This document shows, piece after piece, positions 19,138 to 26,985 of a DNA stretch of 64,000 nt. This stretch comes from Desulfobulbaceae bacterium (lineage in GTDB: Bacteria > Desulfobacterota > Desulfobulbia > Desulfobulbales > SURF-16). The notes under the pieces were generated by a model. The model saw nothing but the letters and a program-made list of their open reading frames with translations, did no database searches and was not told the origin of the DNA. The stretch is from NCBI GenBank assembly GCA_002868945.1, contig PKTX01000058.1, forward strand, positions 64,773 through 128,772, in the 5' to 3' direction. The translations under genes and the position numbers were made by a program. Position 1 is the stretch's first letter; each line of letters starts with the position of its first letter.

Positions 19138-21584
19138 GGCGAAATTCCTGTAGTCTGGTCTTGAAGGTGGAGGTCATGAAAGATTTTCCAGAGGACAACA
19201 GAGCCGTTTTGATTACCGGCAATAAAGGTGGCGCTGGAGGGGCCCGGGATCAGGGTGCGAATGCCGTCGCCCCGACCGTCAACGAGCAGAACATTGCCGA
19301 CCTGGTCAATATCCCATATCTTGACCAGGTCGGCGTTATTGCCGGTCACCAGGCTGAAACCGTCATCGGCAAGCAGGAGGGCGGTCACGGGATCTTCCTG
19401 ATCTTCAATGGTGCGGCGGCAATCCCAGTCGTCAAGATCCCAGACCCTGACAAGTCTGTCTTCTCCGGCCGTGGCCACCTGTCGACCCGAGGGGGAGAGG
19501 CTGAGTCTGGTAATGGGTAAAACATGGGCCTCAATCTCCCGTTGTCTTTGATGATCGTTAAAATCCCAGACTTGGAGCGAACCGTCATCACAGCCGACGA
19601 CAAAATTAAGACCGCCGGGCAAAAGGGCCATGTCGTTAATGGCGGAGCCGGTCTCAAAGGTACGGCTCTTGCTGTGCACCAGGTCGAAGAATATGATCTG
19701 ACCGGCCCTGTCGCCTGCTGCCAGCCAGCGATTATCGGGGCTGAAGAGCAGGGTGTTGACGGTCTTGTTGCCTCTGTTGATTGACGTTTTTTTATTGTCC
19801 ACCAGCGATTTGAGCAGAATGGTGCCCTCTTGCTGGCCGATGGCCAGGTAGGCGGCCGAGGGGCTCAAGGCCATGGCGGTTACTGTAGCCCTGGTGAGAC
19901 GAAAGCTGTTCGGCATCTTTCCTGTCGGCCTGGTGCAGATATCGGTGTCTGCCATGGACCATTTTTCCTTGAGGTTGAGGATGCGAAAATGGCCTGTGCC
20001 GGTGGCGCAGACAAGCTTGCCGCTCTTTTTGTTATAACACAGGAAGGGAGTAGTGTCCGGCATTTGTGTCAGCCGTTTGCCTTGCACGGCCAGGATGGCG
20101 GTGGGCGTGCCCCTTGCTGCCAATTGGTCATAGACCTCTTCCAGCTTTTGGTCCGGGCCGAAACCTGTTTCGTGCCAGTGGTGGCGGAGAATGGCAAAGC
20201 TGCGTCTGTACTTGCCGGCCCGGGTCAGGCTGTAAATATTCTCGCGGATCGATTGTCTGAGTTGATTCTTCTGGAAAATGGCCATGGGGGTTTCCGGCGG
20301 ACAGAGGAGGAGCTCCGGCGGAATATGTCTGTCGGCTTGGGGGGTGCTCCTGTTTGCCTCGACTTCACGGATCAGGGCGGCCAACTGTTTGTGGTCCGGG
20401 AAGAGCTTGCCGGCCGGCTGGAGGCGGCGCTGCATCTGAAAGGGGCTGATGGCTGTGGCGCGCCAGGTGAGCAGGTGCAGGTTGAATACGGCCTCCGGTA
20501 GATGGTCATTGATTTCCAGGGCCTGCCGAAGGTGGTTTTGCGCCTCTTGGAATTTTCCAAGTTCAGCCAGGGACACGGCGCGGTTGTTGAGATGTTCGGC
20601 CTGAAGATTCACCTCACCCATGCGGGCGTAGGGGCAGGACACCTTGTATTGATCGATATAAACTGCATGCAGGTCACGGCGCAGCTCTTCAAAGTTCTGG
20701 TGGCGTTTGTCGGGATCGTGGGCAACACATTTCCTGAGCAGTTTGACCAGGCCGTGGGGCAGGGGAGAGTCGCGCCGGCTGGAGACCGGTGGCGGGCACT
20801 CTTCCTCGCTGTTATGGTGGTAGGGCCGTTTGCCGCAAAAGATCAGCCACAGACAGAGGCCAAAGGAGAATATGTCGGTGCGCAGGTCCACCTGATGGCT
20901 GTTGCGCAGTTGTTCCGGCGAGGCGTAGTTGAGGGTGCCGCGGAAACCAATGGTGCTGTCGGCGTCTAGGGATGTGCGCTCGGCAGGGGAGCGATCAGCG
21001 GCAACATCGGCATCGATCAGGCGCAGGATACCGAAGTCGGTGATCTTGGCCAGGCCGTTTTTGGTCAGCAGGATATTCTGCGGCTTGATGTCGCGGTGGA
21101 TGATTTTTTTGGCATGGGTGTATTCCATGCCGTTGCAGACCTGGATGGCGATGGAGAGGGCATCCCGGCTGTTGCGTAGGCGACCCTTGGCGAGCCAGTC
21201 CGCCAGGGTGCCGCCATTGACATACTCGATGAAGATCTGGACAGCCTTCTGCTGTCTCTTGACAAAATAGCAGGCCGCAATATTGGGGTGGAGGCCCAGG
21301 TTGACCCAGGCGGTGGCCTCGGCCAGAATGCGTTTAATACCCTCCTGGCAGGCGGTCACCTCCGGCCGTGGCACCTTGATGGCCATTTTTACCCCCCAGA
21401 CGAGATGGTCGGCGATGAACACGGTCCCCATGGCACCGCTGTACATCTCAAGGATCCGGTAGCGCTCATTGATGATGTCGCCCACCTGCCAGGCGGCAGG
21501 ATCCTTTTCCCGGCCGGGCGGATCAGGACGCAGGAATTGCGTGCTCTCTTCATAGGCCTGGGCTGTTTTTTTCGTGATCTTCAA
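19134..21584 (-). CDS. Ser/Thr protein kinase with TPR-like linker and C-terminal WD40 repeats
   Basis: HRDIKPQNILL, ITDFG and YASPEQ, plus repeated WD-type strands (VRVWDL, VKIWDI, LQVWDF). The start is uncertain. I list the TTG at 21584, just after the upstream stop; the ATG at 21683 would overlap the FHA gene by 92 nt. Confidence 0.85.
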   Translation of the reverse strand: MKITKKTAQAYEESTQFLRPDPPGREKDPAAWQVGDIINERYRILEMYSGAMGTVFIADHLVWGVKMAIKVPRPEVTACQEGIKRILAEATAWVNLGLHPNIAACYFVKRQQKAVQIFIEYVNGGTLADWLAKGRLRNSRDALSIAIQVCNGMEYTHAKKIIHRDIKPQNILLTKNGLAKITDFGILRLIDADVAADRSPAERTSLDADSTIGFRGTLNYASPEQLRNSHQVDLRTDIFSFGLCLWLIFCGKRPYHHNSEEECPPPVSSRRDSPLPHGLVKLLRKCVAHDPDKRHQNFEELRRDLHAVYIDQYKVSCPYARMGEVNLQAEHLNNRAVSLAELGKFQEAQNHLRQALEINDHLPEAVFNLHLLTWRATAISPFQMQRRLQPAGKLFPDHKQLAALIREVEANRSTPQADRHIPPELLLCPPETPMAIFQKNQLRQSIRENIYSLTRAGKYRRSFAILRHHWHETGFGPDQKLEEVYDQLAARGTPTAILAVQGKRLTQMPDTTPFLCYNKKSGKLVCATGTGHFRILNLKEKWSMADTDICTRPTGKMPNSFRLTRATVTAMALSPSAAYLAIGQQEGTILLKSLVDNKKTSINRGNKTVNTLLFSPDNRWLAAGDRAGQIIFFDLVHSKSRTFETGSAINDMALLPGGLNFVVGCDDGSLQVWDFNDHQRQREIEAHVLPITRLSLSPSGRQVATAGEDRLVRVWDLDDWDCRRTIEDQEDPVTALLLADDGFSLVTGNNADLVKIWDIDQVGNVLLVDGRGDGIRTLIPGPSSATFIAGNQNGSVVLWKIFHDLHLQDQTTGISP

Positions 21585-21591
21585 GGTGCTC

Positions 21592-22293
21592 TTATGACAG
21601 TTTCTCAAAGCGAATGCGGTGGCCCCGGATGGAGATAATGTCGCCCGGATGCAGTTTCTTGTCCTTGGTGAGGGGGTGGCCATTAATCTTGGTCTTGATC
21701 ATGCTCTTTTGCGGCAGGATGTAATACCCGTCCTCCCGTTTATTGATAAAGCATTGATTGGCGGCAATGAAAAAACCAGGGGTGGTGATATCACTGTTGT
21801 CCGCCTTGCCGATTTTAACGCTGTTGCGTCCGGCCAGGGAGAGGGTGGCGGGGTGGGCGCTGCCGTTTAAGATGTGGAGTTGATAGGTATTTGCCTCGTC
21901 GGTTGTCGTCTCTGTCTTTACCTTGGGCTTACCCGGTGCAAAAATGGTGGCGTCATCCAGGTCCATGGGCATGGCGGAGGCGGAGAGCCGGTGTTTGTCG
22001 GCAAAGTCGGTGCCGTGCACCAGGGAAAATTTGCCGAGCATCACCTCGTCGCCGGGGGCAAGCTGGATAAAATCAATTTTATTGCCGTTGACCAGGGAGC
22101 CGTTCAGGCTGCAGAGATCCTGCAGAAAAGGTTTGCCGTTCTGGATTTCCAGGGCGGCATGGTGGCGTGAGATGGCGGTGTTGTCGATTTTGACATCCGC
22201 ATCATCGCCACGGCCGATTATCAAGCGATCGCCTTCATTGATCTCAAATTCCCGAATTACCTTGTCCTGCAACATGATGGCCCATTTACTCAT
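21592..22293 (-). CDS. Protein with two FHA domains
   Basis: IIGRGDDADVKIDNTAISRHHA...NGSLVNG and VKIGKADNSDI...KINGHPL. Confidence 0.85.
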   Translation of the reverse strand: MSKWAIMLQDKVIREFEINEGDRLIIGRGDDADVKIDNTAISRHHAALEIQNGKPFLQDLCSLNGSLVNGNKIDFIQLAPGDEVMLGKFSLVHGTDFADKHRLSASAMPMDLDDATIFAPGKPKVKTETTTDEANTYQLHILNGSAHPATLSLAGRNSVKIGKADNSDITTPGFFIAANQCFINKREDGYYILPQKSMIKTKINGHPLTKDKKLHPGDIISIRGHRIRFEKLS

Positions 22294-22451
22294 AGTTCTT
22301 TCCCTGTAATGTTGCCGTTAAGGGGTGTAAGCCCTTGGCGTTTTCAGCGTGGTGCGGCAGACATGTATGATGTGCAAATATTGTTGAGAAGGGGGTGGCC
22401 GCCGTTCACCTCGGCGCAGTCGGCCGTCACGAACCTCTCTGGCCAATCGAC

Positions 22452-23399
22452 TCACTGCTTGCCCACCGACGTAATGGCGTTTGCCAGTTTTTTAAATGTT
22501 GTGCTGTATCCTTGCACCTTGTTGTTTTTACCTTTAAGTATAAAGGTCTGCGGTGTAAAAATTTCATGATGCCTGGTGAGCTGGTCATATGTTTGCTGGC
22601 CGAGAATAATTTCTCTGGACTCTGCCTTGGTCTGGCTTTCCAGACGGAAGGCGACATTGACGGCATCACCGACCATGGTGAAGTCGCGTGAACCGTCGAC
22701 ACCGAGATTGCCGAGCATAATTGTGCCGCTGTTGATCGCCACTCCCGTGGTAAGAGGCCAGGGGAAGGACAACTTTTCACCCAGGACCGCGGTCATCCTG
22801 TTGAGCCGGATGGCGGCAGTCAGGACCTGTTCAAGGTGAGCTGATTCGTCCTGAAGCCAGAAGGCCAGGACCGCGTCCCCGATAAACTTGTCCACCTGGC
22901 CACGATGGTGGCGGATAATTTCTGTGGCCTTTTTATTCCAATGGCGCAGAAGGGTGGAGATCTTTTCGTTGCCCACCGCCTCTGAAAGCTCCGTGTATCG
23001 ATGGATATCGCAGACAAGAATGGTCACCCGCCGCTGATTGACAAAGGCGATGGTCTCATCACCGAGATTCTGGAGCGACGAGGTGGGGGTGAGTTTGGGG
23101 GCAGATTGCTGGTCGAAGATAAGCTCGGTTTTGCCCAGGGCGATGATATCGCCGGCGCGAAGCGGCGTTGGCGTGACGATCCGGTTGCCATTGACAAAGG
23201 TGCCGTTGGCGCTGCCGAGATCGATTATATGATAGTGATTGTTTGATTCCTGCTGGATCATGGCGTGTCGTCTGGAAATCCATGATTCCTCCAGGATAAA
23301 ATCATTCTCCGGGTGCCGACCGATGCGGAAGGATCGCCGGGCGCAGAGTTTCCAAGGCGGCAAGGCCGGTTGATTTTTAAAGATAAGAATGGCAGACAT
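22452..23399 (-). CDS. FHA domain fused to a class III adenylate/guanylate cyclase
   Basis: FHA motifs RIGRHPENDF, SRRHA and GSANGTFVNG. Cyclase motifs VTILVCDIHRYT, KFIGDAVLAFW and MVGDAVNVAFRLE. I list the ATG at 23399; a TTG at 23453 is also possible. Confidence 0.85.
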   Translation of the reverse strand: MSAILIFKNQPALPPWKLCARRSFRIGRHPENDFILEESWISRRHAMIQQESNNHYHIIDLGSANGTFVNGNRIVTPTPLRAGDIIALGKTELIFDQQSAPKLTPTSSLQNLGDETIAFVNQRRVTILVCDIHRYTELSEAVGNEKISTLLRHWNKKATEIIRHHRGQVDKFIGDAVLAFWLQDESAHLEQVLTAAIRLNRMTAVLGEKLSFPWPLTTGVAINSGTIMLGNLGVDGSRDFTMVGDAVNVAFRLESQTKAESREIILGQQTYDQLTRHHEIFTPQTFILKGKNNKVQGYSTTFKKLANAITSVGKQ

Positions 23400-23765
23400 A
23401 GAGTGGCATGCTAACCCGCATTTCTTATAGGTAATCTGCCGGGCAGACGGCAAGCGCGGTGTCGACTCGCCTCACCCTTGAAAAACCTCGGCATGGTGTC
23501 GTTATGCCTGAGAATGTTTTCCAAGCGTTCCTTGTGTCCACACCACTTTTCCGGCTTTTTCTCACGATCTGTCTGAAAAATGTGCGGGCTGAATTGTTTC
23601 ACAGAGTTGTCATTGTAGAACATACAGAAATTGCGCACGCTTTTCCAGCTATTGTTCGGTTTGCCGGAAATGAATCATTATGCTGGTAGAAAGGGCTGAA
23701 AAACGTATAATAGTCGATGATATAAAGAAATTAATAGATATTTTTTCAAGGTGGGCATTACAGCC

Positions 23766-25292
23766 ATGTCGAACGACCAACAGGAACTTTCCGGCAAACT
23801 CGCCGCTATTTTTGCCAAGATAAATTTGAGTGAATTGCCGGCCATGTCCAGCAATGTCCAGGAGCTGATCAGCCTTGCCCACTCCAACCAAAGTGCGGCA
23901 TATGATCTTTCCAAGGTCATCTTGAAGGACTATTCTCTGACCAATAAGGTCCTGCAGGTGGTCAACTCCGCCTATTATTCCCTGGGCCGACCGGTGAGTT
24001 CCATTTCCAAGGCCGTTACCATCCTCGGTTTTGATGCCGTGCGTGATCTGGCCACCGCCATTGCCCTTTTTGAGGATTTTCTCAAGTCGGGAGTGGAAAA
24101 GGAGGAGATATCAAAAATCCTGACCCGTTCCTTTCTCAGTGGGTTGCAGGCCCGGGAGATGGTGGTTGCCAAAAATATTAATGTCTTGCCGGAAGAGGCT
24201 TTTATCTGCGCCCTGTTGCATCACTTGGGCAAGATCATAACCTGTATATATATGCCTGATATCTATAAAAAGATACAGGAGGAGGTGGAGGCCGGCATGT
24301 CCGAGGAAAAGGCGGCCCGCGCCCAGCTCGATGACCTGACCTTCAGTGAGTTGGGCGGTGAGGTGGCCCGATTCTGGAATATGTCGGAGAAAATCGTCAC
24401 CTCCATGGTGCCGGCCAGTAAACAGCCCAAAAATAAATATGACGCCGAGGGCTATCTGCAGAATCTTGCCGCTTTTACCAATGCCTTCACGGATCGGGTC
24501 TGCCTCGGCGGTGATATGGACTCCCTTTTCAAGAAGTTCGGAAAACTCTTTGATGTTGATGTTGACGAGGCTGTTGAGCGACTGGGCAAGAGTGTCGAGG
24601 CCTCCGAGGATGTTTCAGACTCCATCCGCTACGGCCTGGCCAAACTCAACATCCACAGCAACATCAAACAGGTCAGTCGGCACGGTAAGAAAAGCGCTGC
24701 CAATGGGCAGTCATACTCCGGCACAAAGCAGGATGAGGAAACTTCCGGCTATGGCGCGGAGCTTGCCCCCCTGCCGAGTACCGATAAATCGGTGAACGAC
24801 TTTATCCGTGAGCTCACCGAGACGCTGATGAGTGAAGAGATCAAACTGGATGAGTTTTATGTAAATCTGCTGGAATCCCTCTATCGGGGGGTCGGTTTTG
24901 ACCGGGTGATCATGGGGATCTTGAGCATCCAGGCCTCCAGTATCTCTCTGGTGGGCCGTTACGGCCTTGGTGATATTGATGCCAACGGTGTGCGAAGCTT
25001 TGAGCATCCCATGTCAAACAAGGATCAGGCCATCCCCCGCAGCCTGACTGCCTGTAAGGACATGGCCATTCCGGCCAATGCCAGAGGCGCCTTCCCGAAA
25101 AGGTTGCACTACCTGGTCAAGGATCGCACCGTTTTTCTCTTTCCCATCTGTATAGACAAAAAACCCATTGCTTTGATTTACCTTGATCGGAAGGTGGGGC
25201 GACCCAAGCTGGAGGCGGAGGATTTAAAAACAATCCGACTCTTTCGAGATTTCGCCGTTATGGCCATTCAGAAGCTCCGGTCAAAGAGTTGA
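23766..25292 (+). CDS. HDOD-domain signalling protein with a GAF-like C-terminal half
   Basis: HDOD pattern: LPAMSSNVQELISL, VLQVVNSAYYSLGRPVSSISKAVTILG and LLHHLGK. Confidence 0.8.
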   Translation: MSNDQQELSGKLAAIFAKINLSELPAMSSNVQELISLAHSNQSAAYDLSKVILKDYSLTNKVLQVVNSAYYSLGRPVSSISKAVTILGFDAVRDLATAIALFEDFLKSGVEKEEISKILTRSFLSGLQAREMVVAKNINVLPEEAFICALLHHLGKIITCIYMPDIYKKIQEEVEAGMSEEKAARAQLDDLTFSELGGEVARFWNMSEKIVTSMVPASKQPKNKYDAEGYLQNLAAFTNAFTDRVCLGGDMDSLFKKFGKLFDVDVDEAVERLGKSVEASEDVSDSIRYGLAKLNIHSNIKQVSRHGKKSAANGQSYSGTKQDEETSGYGAELAPLPSTDKSVNDFIRELTETLMSEEIKLDEFYVNLLESLYRGVGFDRVIMGILSIQASSISLVGRYGLGDIDANGVRSFEHPMSNKDQAIPRSLTACKDMAIPANARGAFPKRLHYLVKDRTVFLFPICIDKKPIALIYLDRKVGRPKLEAEDLKTIRLFRDFAVMAIQKLRSKS

Positions 25293-25312
25293 GAGCGGCG
25301 CAGGAGGTGCCT

Positions 25313-26656
25313 ATGCGAGATGATTTCGGCAACAGATTGTCCCGTCGTGCCCTGAACAGACGCGACTTCCTCTGGCTCCTGTCCCTTTCCACGGTCAGTC
25401 TGGCCCTGCCCGGTTGTGGCGTGGATCCGGTGACCGGTAAAAAACAGCTGGTGCTCATGAGCGAGGAGCAGGAGATAACCCTTGATCAGCAACAGTCGCC
25501 CCACCAATTTTCCATGGATTACGGGGCCTGCCAGGACAAAGAACTCAACGCCTATATCAGCGGGGTGGGCATGGCGGTGGCCGCCACTTCGCATCGGCCG
25601 GACATGCCCTACAGCTTTCGCGGCGTCAATGCCGCCTATGTCAATGCCTATGCCTTTCCCGGCGGCTCCATTGCCGTTACCCGCGGTATTCTGGCTGAAC
25701 TGCAAAATGAGGCGGAGCTGGCCGCCTTGCTCGGCCATGAAGTCGGCCATGTCAATGCCCGCCATACGGCCGAACGCATGACCAAGGGGACCCTGCTGCA
25801 GGTAGCCCTGGCCGGTGGCAGCGCCTATCTGGGCAGTGGCGAGTATGCCAGTTACACCCCCTATCTGGAGACCATTGGCGGTTTAGGGGCCAGCGCCCTG
25901 CTGGCCAGTTACAGCCGGGATGATGAACGGGAGGCGGACCGACTCGCGGTCCAGTATATGGTGGCGGCCGGCCATAACCCCGACGGGATGGAAGGGCTGA
26001 TGAATGTGCTGGTGGCAAAATCAAAACATACACCCAATGCCCTTGAGCTGATGTTTGCCACCCATCCCATGAGCCGGGAACGCCTCGACAACGCCAGGGA
26101 GCTCACTGCTCGGCACTATGCGGAGCAACGGCAGCGCAATGTGCGGCGCCAACGCTATATGGACAACACGGCCTCTGTGCGGCGCCTGAAACCTGTTCTT
26201 CTCAAGCTGCAGGATGGCGCCGGCAGTATGGCTGCCAAGAAATTTTCCGAGGCGGAAATAGCCTTTGCCGCCGCCCTTGCCCAGGCCCCTGATGATTATG
26301 CAGCCCTGCTGATGATGGCTAAATGCAAGATGGCCCTCAAGAAGAACGCAGAGGCGCGTCGCTATGCCCGGCAGGCCCAAAATGTCTATCCGGGTGAGGC
26401 CCAGGCCGTGCAGGTCAGCGGTATCAGCGCCCTTGCCGATCAAAAATTTAGTGTTGCCTATGAAGAGTTTGACCGGTATGACACCTTGTTGCCGGGTAAT
26501 GGCCAGATAACCTTTCTCAAGGGGATATCCCTTGACGGCATGGGCAAAAAAGAGATGGCTGCCAGGCACTATCAAACCTATCTGCAGGCGGTCTCACAGG
26601 GTGAGGCCGCTGACCATGCCCGCCGGCGCTTGACAACCTGGGGATATATAAAATGA
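25313..26656 (+). CDS. M48-family zinc metalloprotease with TPR repeats; Tat-type lipoprotein signal
   Basis: HEVGHVNARH (HExxH). The N-terminus SRRALNRRDFLWLLSL...LPGCG combines a twin-arginine motif with a lipobox. The ATG follows AGGAGG. Confidence 0.85.
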   Translation: MRDDFGNRLSRRALNRRDFLWLLSLSTVSLALPGCGVDPVTGKKQLVLMSEEQEITLDQQQSPHQFSMDYGACQDKELNAYISGVGMAVAATSHRPDMPYSFRGVNAAYVNAYAFPGGSIAVTRGILAELQNEAELAALLGHEVGHVNARHTAERMTKGTLLQVALAGGSAYLGSGEYASYTPYLETIGGLGASALLASYSRDDEREADRLAVQYMVAAGHNPDGMEGLMNVLVAKSKHTPNALELMFATHPMSRERLDNARELTARHYAEQRQRNVRRQRYMDNTASVRRLKPVLLKLQDGAGSMAAKKFSEAEIAFAAALAQAPDDYAALLMMAKCKMALKKNAEARRYARQAQNVYPGEAQAVQVSGISALADQKFSVAYEEFDRYDTLLPGNGQITFLKGISLDGMGKKEMAARHYQTYLQAVSQGEAADHARRRLTTWGYIK

Positions 26657-26716
26657 TGGCGACGCCATCACCGGAATGGACTTTTTACGAGTTCGTCCAA
26701 ACAGATGTCGGCCCAA

Positions 26717-26918
26717 GGCTATCAGCCCGTTGAAAAAGGTAACGAGCGAAGCTGAGGCTAGGAAAAATGAGGCGAAAAAATGCAGTTTACCTGGGGTAAA
26801 TGAGCATTTCGGAGTCTCGCAGGCTCGCTTACCTGAGCCGAATTTTGACGACGCATCAGCAGATAGCGAACGAAGAGAGACCTTCGAGCGCAGTAGTTTC
26901 TCAACGGGCTGCTATGCC
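26717..26918. mobile_element. MITE-like element with about 21-bp imperfect terminal inverted repeats
   Basis: TIRs are GGCTATCAGCCCGTTGAAAAA and TTTCTCAACGGGCTGCTATGCC. It shares the internal module CATTTCGGAGTCTCGC..GCTCGCTTACC with the elements at 42520 and 33752. Confidence 0.55.
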
Positions 26919-26985
26919 GCCCCTCGCAGGCCTTGATTGTATCAGTCGCGGCTTTTTTTTTTTTACCTCAGCCCCCAAGTGATAA

